Assembly (NCBI GenBank): GCA_963770895.1 | Contig: CAVYRF010000002.1 | Coordinates: forward strand, 2,560,001 to 2,624,000 | Length of the DNA stretch: 64,000 nucleotides | Direction of reading: 5' to 3' | Source: an uncultured Acidobacteriota bacterium | Lineage (GTDB): Bacteria > Acidobacteriota > Thermoanaerobaculia > Multivoradales > UBA5704 | In this document: positions 8,810 to 22,399 of the stretch, piece after piece | How positions within the stretch are numbered: the stretch's first letter is position 1 | Layout: every line of letters starts with the position of its first letter | The notes under the pieces: model-generated | Databases searched by the model: none | What the model was told of the DNA's origin: nothing | The model's input: only the letters and a program-made list of their open reading frames with translations | Made by a program: the position numbers and the translations under genes

Positions 8810-11800
8810 GGCCGCCCTCCTTGACCGCGCCCGAGGGGGTCTTGGCAACGGTTCCATCCTGCGGAGGGCCCGGCTTCGCGGAGCGCACGCGCTCCATCTG
8901 CACCGCATTCTGCGCCTGCCAGGCCAGGCCGCTCTGCAGCGTGATCAGCTGGTTGGCTCCGTCGAAGGTCGCCGTCGACAGCGCGCCGTCGATGATCTCG
9001 CTGGTGCGGTTACCCGTGGCGTCGTAGGTGAAGGCGTTGTTGTGCAGCGTTGTCACCGGCGACTGCACCGGATCGGTCGTCTGCTGCCGTGCCAGCAGCT
9101 GCTGCGCTCCGTCGTAGGTGAAGTCGAAGAAGCGCCCGCCGGGGTTGTTGAGGTCGTGCCAGGTCAACCCCACGATCTGCTGGTGCGCCGGGTCGTACGA
9201 GTAGTTGAACTGCGACAGGTTGTAGCCGTTCGTCGTCGATCCCCAGGTGAGCTGCGACAGCCGGAAGTCGTGCGCCACATCCAGGTAGCTGTAGGTGGGC
9301 CCCTGTCCGTTGGGGTACGAAAGCGCCGTCATGCGGTTGGACGATCCGGCGTACGACGCGGTGAACCGGCCGAGCGGGCTGGTCATCGTCGCCAACCGGT
9401 CCTGGCTGTCGAAAGTGCGCGTCTGAGCGATCCCGTCGAGCGTCTGCCCGACCTGCCGCCCCAGCACGTCGTACTGATAGGTGATCGCATGGTTGGGCGC
9501 CGGCGCCGTTACGCTCGCAACTTGCCCAGCCCCCAGGACACCCCCGGGATTGTAGGTGTAGGTTGTCGTGCCGATCCCGTCGGTCATCGACAGAAGCCGC
9601 GGCAGGTTCAGGTCGTATTCGTACTGCACGCCCGGCGTCGGATGCACTGTGTTCTGATAGCTGGTCGCCGCAAGCAGATTGTCGATGGTGTATGCATAGT
9701 TGGTCACCTGGTTGAGTCCGTCGGTGCGGCGCACCAGGCGGCCGGCGCTGTCGAAGCTGTACTGTGCCACCGTCTGGCCGTTGACCTGCTTGCCCACCAC
9801 CCTGTTCAATCCGTCCAGCATCCAGGTCGTCAGGTTGCCGCGCGGATCGGCCACCTGCGACAGCGCTCCGCATCCGCACCACGAATAGGTCGTCGTACGC
9901 CCCAGCGGATCGGTGATCGACATCAGACGGTCCGCCGCATCGTAGGCGTAGGCCGTCACTCGCCCCAGGCGGTCCTGCGCCGCTACCACGTCCAGACGGT
10001 TGAACACCACCTGGTCGGCGGAACCGTCCGGGTAGGTGATCTCGATCAGACGGTCCAGGTTGTCGTAGCGGAAGCTCAGCGTGTAGCCGTCCGTCGAGGT
10101 CCAGGTGGCGAGCCGGTTGGCGCCGTCGTAGGTATAGCTCTCCTGATACTGAGTGCCGGCGACCGCCACATTGGTCAGAAAGCCCCGGCCGTCATAGGTG
10201 TAGTTGGTCGTCACGCCGTCCGGCCGCTTCGCCGAAGTGAGCTCGCCAAAGGCGTTGTAGGTCATCGTGTAGGTCTGCCCCGCATCGTCCGTGTAGGTCA
10301 GCGGCCGGTGGTTGCCGTTGTAGGTATAGCTCGCCACCGTCTCGTGCACAGCGTTGATCACCGTCGACACGTCGGCGTAGCTTGGCGGCGCGTAGATAAA
10401 TGTGGTCTTGCGCCCGGCCGGATCGTAGGTCCACTGCGGTCTGCCGGCACCGTCCAGCGTGGCGCTGTAGACCTGTTGCTGGCCATTGTCCAGCACCCGC
10501 GCCACTGTGCTTGGCGTCGACAGCGTCCCCTGGTAGCTGTCGGCCGTCTCCCCAGGATAGGAAAACCACAGCCGCCGCTCCCCCTGCGGCTGCATGAAGC
10601 CGGGAATCGACGACACCGCCGTTTCGCTCTCCGTCGCGTCACGCACCCAGTGGATCGTGTAGGTGGCGTTCAGATACCGGTTGGGATCCGACGGGTTGTA
10701 GCTCTGCATCGCCGTCTGGTTCCAATAGTAGGTATTGCGGTACGCCAGGTTCTCGTTGCCGAAGCCGGCGGGAATCGGCTCGGTGGTGGTTTCGGGGATG
10801 TTCTGCGCCTCGTGCGTGAACTCGATCCGCTCCGTACTGCCCAGCGGATCCGTCGCCACCAGCCAGCGGCTGTCGCCCAGATCCGTATTGACGCACGGAG
10901 GCGCCTCACCCATGCCGAAGCTCGTGGTGCCGTAGGGCGTCGTCATCGCGTTCATGAAGTCGGTCGGAACGCCGAACGCTCCCGTGCAGAGCGGACCCGG
11001 CGGCTCGGTCGCCAGCGGTCCGTAAGTGAACGACGAGGTCATCCCCACCGCATCCGTGATGCTCTGCAGCTCGCCGTTCGCATACTGGAACACCGCCTGC
11101 CGGCCAAACGGATCGGTCACCGCTGTCAATTTGTATGGATCGCCGGACAACCCATAGCTGAGCGTCGTCTGCTGCCCCACCGGATCGGTGATCGTTACCA
11201 GGCGCATCGATGCGTCATAGGTTAGGTTGACCGAGTTGCCATACGGATCGGTCGCCTGGGTCAGGAAGTATTTGCGCATCGTGGTCGCGCCGTCCGACTG
11301 GCCGTAGGTTTCGACTGCACCGTCCGGGTAGACGCGCTGGAACCCCGTCGTGTTCGGACCATTGAGGGTATCCTGCACAAGGCGCATCGCGGTCTCGTGC
11401 GAACCGCCGATGTTGGGACCGTACTCCCACCATAAAGTGGTCGACACCTGGCTCAGGATGTAAGAGCCGCCGCCGCGCTCCGCCACGCGGATCGTGCCGC
11501 CGGTCTGCAAGGGATTGTCGTCTTCGACGTAGGACAGCCAATCGAAGTTCCAGCGCGAACCCAGGTTGGTGAAGAGGAACGTCTGCGGCTGGAAGTCTTC
11601 GCGGCTGTTGTAGGTGATGCCGAACCGCATCGCCGGACCGACCGGCGGCGTGTAGCCCACCGGCTCGTCGGTGACGTTCAAGCTCACCGGCGCGGTGTGG
11701 AAGTTGTACACCGGCATGCCGGTGTTCGCGCCGCCGCACTGCCCCGGCTTCTTGGGGTCGGCCGGCGTGGTCGCCCCCGGATTGGGATTGGCTGCGGCTC

Positions 11801-12830
11801 CCTGGCCGTGCACCCCTGCCGCTTCGGCCTCCGCCACCTCCCTCCACCCCTGGCGCGGCACGCCCCCCGGCACCGCGGCCAGCAGGTAGCCCGACGACTC
11901 CTCTTCGACCGCTGCGCGGCTCAGCCAGTGATCGTCGCCAAAGGTCAGATCCTTGACCAGGAACCGGTCGCCCTGCTGCGCCACCACCGCCGCGAAGTGG
12001 TCGGCCTTCCAGTGCAGCACCGCGGGCACCGGAATTGGCGACCCCGGCTCGCGCTTGACCGCGTACAGGCCCAGTCCGGTCTGCCGCGCGAGCTTCACCA
12101 GCTCGCCCAGCGAGGTGCCGCGCTTCGTCGATCGGTACCGCAGCACCCGCGGATCGGGCGCCGCACCGGGATGCAGCACTTCCGCCACGCGCTCCACTGC
12201 CAGCGGCCCGCAGCGGAACGAGCTGCCCGGGTCGTGTCGCATCTCCCACAGGCTGGAGCGCGCCCCCAACACCATCTCGGCGACGTGACCGGAAAGCGGC
12301 CTGGTCGCCGCCACATCCAGCAGCGCCGCCAGCGCATCGGTGCGCCCCAACGAAGCATCGATCTCGATCTCGACCGCCAGAGCCGCGTCGGCGATCTTGC
12401 GCGCCGCAGGGTCGGTGGACGCCGCCGCGCGCCGCCACGCCGCGCTGGCCGCCGCCAGCGCCCGGTCCAGGTAGCCGGTGTGGCGGTAGAGCACCGCCAG
12501 GTCGGCCTCGAGAGACGGCGCCCAGGCCGAGCCCGGGTGCCGTTCCAGGAAACCGGTCAGCGGTTCGACCGCTTCGACGTCGGCCGCCGCCCGGTAGGCG
12601 CGGATCGCCGCGGCCAGCTCGCGCGTCTCGTCTGCCGCGGGCGCCCCCACCGCCACCAGCGGCTCCGCGAAGGTCCGCCCCTCTTCCGGGCGATCCAGCG
12701 CAGGAGGAGCACCGCCCGGTGCCGCCAAGACCATCGTATCGCCGGACGCCGCGGGCATCGCCCCCGCCGCGCCCGCCAGGAGAGTTGCCGGACCGACCAA
12801 CATCAGCATCACGCCGAGACGCAGATTCAT
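8799..12830 (-). CDS. RHS protein part A: signal peptide, helical region, C39-like cysteine peptidase and YD-repeat shell, with no RHS core
   Basis: Signal peptide MNLRLGVMLMLVGPATLLAGAAGA. C39 motifs RCGPLAV, GTSLGEL, LHWKADHF, LVKD. Many YD repeats (YDASMRL, YDNLDRL, YDAADRL, YDVLGRQ, YDATGNR). No PxxxxDPxG. The stop overlaps the part B start by 11 nt. Confidence 0.9.
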   Translation of the reverse strand: MNLRLGVMLMLVGPATLLAGAAGAMPAASGDTMVLAAPGGAPPALDRPEEGRTFAEPLVAVGAPAADETRELAAAIRAYRAAADVEAVEPLTGFLERHPGSAWAPSLEADLAVLYRHTGYLDRALAAASAAWRRAAASTDPAARKIADAALAVEIEIDASLGRTDALAALLDVAATRPLSGHVAEMVLGARSSLWEMRHDPGSSFRCGPLAVERVAEVLHPGAAPDPRVLRYRSTKRGTSLGELVKLARQTGLGLYAVKREPGSPIPVPAVLHWKADHFAAVVAQQGDRFLVKDLTFGDDHWLSRAAVEEESSGYLLAAVPGGVPRQGWREVAEAEAAGVHGQGAAANPNPGATTPADPKKPGQCGGANTGMPVYNFHTAPVSLNVTDEPVGYTPPVGPAMRFGITYNSREDFQPQTFLFTNLGSRWNFDWLSYVEDDNPLQTGGTIRVAERGGGSYILSQVSTTLWWEYGPNIGGSHETAMRLVQDTLNGPNTTGFQRVYPDGAVETYGQSDGATTMRKYFLTQATDPYGNSVNLTYDASMRLVTITDPVGQQTTLSYGLSGDPYKLTAVTDPFGRQAVFQYANGELQSITDAVGMTSSFTYGPLATEPPGPLCTGAFGVPTDFMNAMTTPYGTTSFGMGEAPPCVNTDLGDSRWLVATDPLGSTERIEFTHEAQNIPETTTEPIPAGFGNENLAYRNTYYWNQTAMQSYNPSDPNRYLNATYTIHWVRDATESETAVSSIPGFMQPQGERRLWFSYPGETADSYQGTLSTPSTVARVLDNGQQQVYSATLDGAGRPQWTYDPAGRKTTFIYAPPSYADVSTVINAVHETVASYTYNGNHRPLTYTDDAGQTYTMTYNAFGELTSAKRPDGVTTNYTYDGRGFLTNVAVAGTQYQESYTYDGANRLATWTSTDGYTLSFRYDNLDRLIEITYPDGSADQVVFNRLDVVAAQDRLGRVTAYAYDAADRLMSITDPLGRTTTYSWCGCGALSQVADPRGNLTTWMLDGLNRVVGKQVNGQTVAQYSFDSAGRLVRRTDGLNQVTNYAYTIDNLLAATSYQNTVHPTPGVQYEYDLNLPRLLSMTDGIGTTTYTYNPGGVLGAGQVASVTAPAPNHAITYQYDVLGRQVGQTLDGIAQTRTFDSQDRLATMTSPLGRFTASYAGSSNRMTALSYPNGQGPTYSYLDVAHDFRLSQLTWGSTTNGYNLSQFNYSYDPAHQQIVGLTWHDLNNPGGRFFDFTYDGAQQLLARQQTTDPVQSPVTTLHNNAFTYDATGNRTSEIIDGALSTATFDGANQLITLQSGLAWQAQNAVQMERVRSAKPGPPQDGTVAKTPSGAVKEGGHEN

Positions 12831-13017
12831 GCCATGCTCCCTTCGAATGCGATCACAAACTCTTTGTGGGAGCGGCGCAAAAAGGCCCCGCTCCCATCGG
12901 CTCCGACTGCCCGATTCCGCTTCAGGCATGTATACGGGCGGTGAGTAAATAAGGTTACACGAATTTCTTGCAACGATGGGTAGCCGCGGCCCCTTGGCGG
13001 GCTCGCGGAGCCCGATA

Positions 13018-13042
13018 ACAAAAAACGGCCGCCGCTGGCCTG
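13018..13042 (-). terminator. Probable intrinsic terminator of the FIST/GGDEF-EAL operon
   Basis: The minus strand reads GGCC-AGCGGC-GGCC-G-TTTTTTGTT, about 125 nt after the EAL stop. The stem is short. Confidence 0.5.
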
Positions 13043-13165
13043 GCGCTCCTGAAGCTTCTCGCGTTCGTGGTCGGGAGTGGTGTTTTCGATCTGGGCGCGG
13101 ATCTGCTGGACCCGGCCGGCGATCGCTTCACGCCGCTTGGCGTTCCCGGAGTTGGTGACAGGCCG

Positions 13166-14999
13166 CTAGCTGCGGCCGGCGCTCCACTGCGCGGTTTCGG
13201 CGGCGCAGACCTCGTCGAGGGGGCTGGGGACGGACAGCCAGTTGCCCTGGGCGTAGTCGACCCCCAGGGCGCGCAGGCGATCGACCGCGGCGCTGCCGGG
13301 CACCATCTCGGCGACGGTCTGGATGCCCATGACGTGGCTGACCTGGTTGATCGATTCCACCATGGCGCGGTCGAGCGGGTCGTTGACGATGTCCTTGACG
13401 AACTTGCCGTCGATCTTGAGGAAGCTGACCGGGATGTCGCGCAGGTAGGAGTACGACGACATGCCGGTGCCGAAGTCGTCCAGCGCGAAGCGCACGCCGA
13501 TCGCCGACAGGCCGCTGATCAGGCGCTCGGCCTGCTGCAGGTTTTCGATGGCGGCCGTTTCGGTGATCTCGAAGCAGATCTTTTCGGGCGGCACGCAGGC
13601 GGCGGCCAGCTCGTCTTCGATGTAGCCGAGCAGGCTTTCGTCCGACAGCGACACCGCGGACAGGTTGATCGAGCAGGTGTCGAGCGCCTGCAGGAACTGC
13701 GGCGGCTGGGCTGACAGGTTGCTGGCGCAGGTGTGGATCACCCAGCGATCGAACGCTGCGCATCAGGCCGTAGCGTTCGGCGGCGCGGATCAGCTCGCTC
13801 GGCAGGTGGACCCTGCCGTCCTCTTCGATCATGCGCAGCAGCACCTCGAAGAAGATGCCGCGCCCGGCGCCGGCGCCCAGCGGGTGGATGCGCTGGCAGA
13901 AGAGCCGGAAGCGGTCCTGCTCCAGGGTCTGGCGGATGCGCAGCACCCAGTTCATTTCGCCGTGGCGGCGGATGAAGGTGGCGTCGTCTTCCTGGTAGAC
14001 CTGGATGCGGTCGCGCCCCTTCTCCTTGGCCACGTAGCAGGCATGGTCGGCGGCGGACAGCAGGTGGGCGATCGACTTGAAATCGCGGGTGATCGGCACC
14101 AGGCCGATGCTCGCCGCGACGGCAAAGGATTTGTCCTGCCAGTTGAAGCGCAGCTGGCGCAGGGCGCGCTGGAGCTTGCGCACCTGCCCTTCGGCGGCCA
14201 GCAGCGAGGTGCGCGGCAGCAGCATGCCGAATTCGTCGCCGCCCAGGCGGGCCACCGGGCCGCTGTCGCGGATCACGTCCTGCAGCAGGGCGCCGACGCG
14301 GCGCAGCAGCTCGTCGCCGGCCAGGTGGCCGCAGGTGTCGTTGACCAGCTTGAACTGGTCCAGGTCCATATAGCAGAGGGCGTGGGTGGTGCCCTCGCGG
14401 GTGGTCTCCTCCAGGCAGCGCTGGAGGTGGCTGTCGAAGGCCTGGCGGTTGAACAGCCCGGTGGTTTCGTCGTGGCTGGCCTGGTGGGCCAGCTGCAGCG
14501 CCAGCAGGCGCTTGTCCGACACGTCCTGAAACACCAGCACGGCGCCGATGATGCACGCGTCGTGGTCGCGGATCGGCGAGCAGACGCTTTCGATGGCGTA
14601 GCGCCGCCCGTCGCGCCGTTCGAGCGTCAGCCGCTCCGCCAGGCGGACGCTCACCCCCTGCGCGACGGCGCGGCGCACCGCGTCGGCGGCGCTGGTGCCC
14701 TGGGCGGCGCCGCCGTCCGCTTCGCCTTCGGCCCCTTCCGCCAGGCGGAAGACTTCGTGCAGCGGGCGGCCGGCGGCCTCTTCGCGCGTCCAGCCGGTGA
14801 TCCTTTCCGCCACCGGGTTGAGGTACTTGACCACGCCGGACGGCGCGGTGGTCAGCACGCCGTCGCCGATCGAAGCCAGGGTCACCTGGGCCAGCTCCTT
14901 TTCGGCGTAGAGCTCGGCCATCTGCTCTTCGTAGGCGCGGGTGGTTTCGGCGAGCAGGCGGCGCACGATCGCCAGCTCCAGGTGGTCGGGCTGGCTCAT
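13166..14999 (-). pseudogene. PAS-GGDEF-EAL c-di-GMP enzyme with a +1 frameshift (real lesion or sequence error)
   Basis: PAS (LASIGDGV..NPVAERITGW), DLDQFKLVND, ARLGGDEF and FFEVLLRM are in one frame. The EAL remainder (DRWVI, SINLS, FEITET, ALDDFGTG, KIDG, AQG) is in another frame, after an extra base at 13752-13753 (AGC GTT CGA T.. instead of AGC GTC GAT). Confidence 0.85.
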
Positions 15000-16222
15000 G
15001 CGGCCGCGCGCTCCGACAGCAGCACCAGGATCGCCGTCTGGTTGTAGAAGGCCAGGTCGCCCCGGTCGGTAGGACCGATCTCGGCGAAGGTGAAGAAGCC
15101 GGACAGGGCGGCGCCGCCCAGGGCGGCGGCGATCGACGCCGGCTCGACGCCGGCGCTATCTCCCAGAACCACCTCGCGGCCGACGCAGGAATAGAGGATC
15201 GCCGCTTCCGGCCGACCGGCGCTCGCGGCGGCCGCGGGGGCGGCGGAGGCGCCGGCGGCGGCGGCGGTGCGCGCCAGCGACAGGTCGTTGCCCATGCCGA
15301 GCCGCACCCGGTCGCCGGTTTCGATGCTGCCCCAGAAGGTGACGGCGCCCGGCGGCTGGTCGAAGAAGCGCATGCTGCGATAGACCCCCTGGCGGTCGGC
15401 GCCCGGCCCTTCCAGGATCAGCGGAAAGCGGTAGGCGGATTCGGGCATCGGCGCCAGCTGGCCGTCCACCGTGAAGAAGCGCCGGTACCAGTCGGTCGCG
15501 GCGACGCCGTCGATCTGGAACGCGACGTTGCCGGCGGCGCGGTCGACGGTATAGACGGGCGACGCCGGGTCCCAGCCGCGCACCACTTCGATGCGCATCT
15601 GGACGCCGTGGAACAGCACCGCCAGGCAGGCCGAGGCCAGCACCCGCTCCTGGAAGAAGACGCGCGCGCCGGGCTCCGACACCGGTTCCCGTTGCGAGGC
15701 CAGGCCGCCGGCGACCAGCGGCTTGACGGTCCCCCCCGTTCGGCCCGCGCCGCCGGGCGCTTCGCCGCAGGCGGCAAGGTGATGCCGCAGGTCGGTCAGG
15801 AACCGCTCGATGGGGAAGCGCAGGCCGTCCACCAGCAGCAGGGCGCCGTCGGCCGCCGCCAGCCGCCGGGCGAGGGCGGCCGAGCGCTCGGCCGGCGGCG
15901 GCGATTGGTGGCTGCCTTCGATGACGTCCACCGCGGTGCTGTGGCCGGGCACCGCGAACCAGAACAGCTGCACGCTGCCCGAGCAGGTCAGCGCCTGGTC
16001 CGCGAACTGCGTCACCGCCTCGCAGCCGAAGCGCAGGCTGCCCGGCCACAGGGCGGCCATGGTGGCGAGCGTCGCCGGCAGGTGCTCGTTGGCAGGCAGG
16101 AAGGCGAGCGCCAGGTCGGGCTGGTGACCGCGCAGCGCGCTGGTGGGGGGCAGTTCGCCCGCTTGGCGCAGAAATTCCGCGGGACAGGGTCCAACGGGCA
16201 GCTGGACAGTTCGGCTGTGCAT
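14996..16222 (-). CDS. FIST_N/FIST_C signal-transduction protein (NosP-like)
   Basis: LLVDGL, VAGGLAS, GWDP, and C-terminal LYSCVGR...GFFTFAEIGP...FYNQT; ATGA overlap with the downstream GGDEF-EAL gene. Confidence 0.85.
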   Translation of the reverse strand: MHSRTVQLPVGPCPAEFLRQAGELPPTSALRGHQPDLALAFLPANEHLPATLATMAALWPGSLRFGCEAVTQFADQALTCSGSVQLFWFAVPGHSTAVDVIEGSHQSPPPAERSAALARRLAAADGALLLVDGLRFPIERFLTDLRHHLAACGEAPGGAGRTGGTVKPLVAGGLASQREPVSEPGARVFFQERVLASACLAVLFHGVQMRIEVVRGWDPASPVYTVDRAAGNVAFQIDGVAATDWYRRFFTVDGQLAPMPESAYRFPLILEGPGADRQGVYRSMRFFDQPPGAVTFWGSIETGDRVRLGMGNDLSLARTAAAAGASAAPAAAASAGRPEAAILYSCVGREVVLGDSAGVEPASIAAALGGAALSGFFTFAEIGPTDRGDLAFYNQTAILVLLSERAAA

Positions 16223-16416
16223 CGCCGTGCAGGCGCGCCCCTGAATGGGCGCACCGGCAGGTTCCGCGCCCGGTGCGGCTCCTCACCGCTCGCGAGAGGA
16301 TTTCATTGTACGCTCGCAAACCGCCCTGTCAAAGGGTCTGGACTGTGCCAGTCGTGATACCCGCGGTGTGACGGCGCCGCCCGTGATGGCGGCAGGCGCG
16401 GGGCGGCGTCCGCGGC

Positions 16417-18087
<1,671 letters not shown>

Positions 18088-18093
18088 GACGGC

Positions 18094-18099
18094 ATTATA
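18094..18099 (-). promoter_or_regulatory. -10 element (TATAAT) of a probably leaderless mutase transcript
   Basis: TATAAT, 6 nt, then ATG (18087); no SD sequence. Confidence 0.6.
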
Positions 18100-18167
18100 T
18101 GGACGTGGAGGGGAGGCCTCGAGCGAGAGCGGCGGGTCCCTTCCATTTGGGGTGGTGGAGGGCCTGG

Positions 18168-18183
18168 CCACTAGATATTGTGG
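18168..18183. promoter_or_regulatory. NrdR box
   Basis: CCACTAGATATTGTGG matches the NrdR-box consensus acaCwAtATaTwGtgt and lies just upstream of the nrdJ -35 element. Confidence 0.8.
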
Positions 18184-18191
18184 TTTGTCCG

Positions 18192-18220
18192 TTGACATGT
18201 GTGGCCCCTTGTAGTAATTT
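18192..18220 (+). promoter_or_regulatory. Sigma70-type promoter of nrdJ
   Basis: TTGACA (18192-18197), 17-nt spacer, TAATTT (18215-18220); GAGGAG before ATG 18267. Confidence 0.7.
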
Positions 18221-18266
18221 CGACTGGTTTCGTCACTCTGACATTCGAACTTCGAGGAGAGATCGC

Positions 18267-21212
<2,946 letters not shown>

Positions 21213-21314
21213 GCGGGCGGGCGCCCCGGTCCCCGTCCCCTCCCGCCAAGGGAGGGGACGGCCAGGCGGGCTAGTGGACAGTGGTGGGCTAGGCCCGGCA
21301 GGTCGCTTTGGTGA

Positions 21315-21482
21315 TCAACACGCTGAGCCGCAATTGCTGGCAACAAACAGGTTACAGGAACCACCACAGGTGCGCCCTGTCCCCTCACCGGCAGCGACAC
21401 CCCCCAGGCGGTCCGGCGAGAGCTGGCGAAGGGTTTCGCGGTTCAGGCGCATCGCTTGGACAGTGACTTGCAATTTCTTCAT
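21315..21482 (-). CDS. Putative RiPP (lanthipeptide-like) precursor peptide, 55 aa
   Basis: GAGGAG SD. Leader MKKLQVTVQAMRLNRETLRQLSPDRLGGVAAG, core EGTGRTCGGSCNLFVASNCGSAC (4 Cys, 5 Ser/Thr). Locally lower GC. Confidence 0.72.
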   Translation of the reverse strand: MKKLQVTVQAMRLNRETLRQLSPDRLGGVAAGEGTGRTCGGSCNLFVASNCGSAC

Positions 21483-21590
21483 GTTGCGCTCCTCAGTTAT
21501 TGTTTGCAGACTAGCAAGGGCAGTGACGGGTGGCAAGCCGGGGGTATCGGTCCGCTTTCGCGGGCGGGGGGTTTGCCTTATGCTTAGGGG

Positions 21591-22085
21591 ATGACAGCCC
21601 GCCGCCCTGCCGCTTTTCTGGTTTCGATCGTTGCCGTGCTGCTTTTGCTTGCTTGCAGCGACGGCTCCAGCGCCGCCGACCCCAAGGTCGATTTCAGGTT
21701 GAAGACCACCGACGGCCGCACTCTTGGGCCGCGTGATTTTGCGGGGCAGGTGGTGGTGGTGGACTTCTGGGCGACCTGGTGCGGACCGTGCCGGATGCAG
21801 GCCCAGATCCTGGAGCCGCTGTGGCGGGAGGTGAAGGGGCACGGCGTGCAGTTCCTGGCCGCCGACATGGGGGAGCCGGAAGAGACCGTGCGCGGTTTCC
21901 TGCACCTCAATCCGATGCCCTACCCGGTGCTGCTCGACCAGGACAGCCGCATCTCCGACAGCCTCAACATCACCGCCCTGCCCACCCTGATGGTCATCGA
22001 CAAAAAGGGCGGCGTGCGCTACCTCCAGCCGGGGCTGGCGGACGGCGACACCATCAAGCGCATCATCCGCCAGGCCGGCGGCTGA
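21591..22085 (+). CDS. TlpA/ResA-like thiol-disulfide oxidoreductase, probable lipoprotein
   Basis: Lipobox-like LLAC; DFWATWCGPC; ALPT cis-Pro motif. Confidence 0.9.
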   Translation: MTARRPAAFLVSIVAVLLLLACSDGSSAADPKVDFRLKTTDGRTLGPRDFAGQVVVVDFWATWCGPCRMQAQILEPLWREVKGHGVQFLAADMGEPEETVRGFLHLNPMPYPVLLDQDSRISDSLNITALPTLMVIDKKGGVRYLQPGLADGDTIKRIIRQAGG

Positions 22086-22328
22086 TCAGACCTTTCCCCC
22101 AGATCGCCATCGGCACCTGATCCGCTGAGCGCGGCTGCGGGTGACTGACCAGACGCGCCCCGCAAAGATCCTGGCGGTAGCTGGCCGATAGCGCCGGTCG
22201 GCCGGTCGCAATCTGCGCCGCGCGCCGATGCGCGGGACCGGCAGCCTGTTCCAACAGGAATCTCGACAAGCCGTAGCGGCGGCCACTTGAGCGGGCGGCC
22301 TGGAGGGTGTGGCGTTCAGGTGCGTCGG

Positions 22329-22359
22329 CCGCTGCCGGTGTGTCTGGCCGGCAGCGGCG
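22329..22359. terminator. Strong hairpin between the convergent tlpA-like and ompA-like genes
   Basis: GCCGCTGCCGG / CCGGCAGCGGC, an 11-bp perfect inverted repeat with no clear U-tract. Confidence 0.4.
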
Positions 22360-22399
22360 GGTGTCCCGGTTGCAGAATGGGCTTCGGACCGACCTTGGG

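Noticed and set aside
8790-8920. RHS A/B boundary as a simple frameshift
   Set aside because: Part B has its own SD, ATG and signal peptide followed by Ig-like domains, and part A ends in a distinct tail. A read check is still advisable.
5777-11225. Long plus-strand ORFs (954 aa and 857 aa) opposite the RHS genes
   Set aside because: These are antisense shadows of GC3-biased coding sequence with no recognisable motifs. The same applies to 345-1940, 32845-36342, 50183-52942 and 58367-61672.
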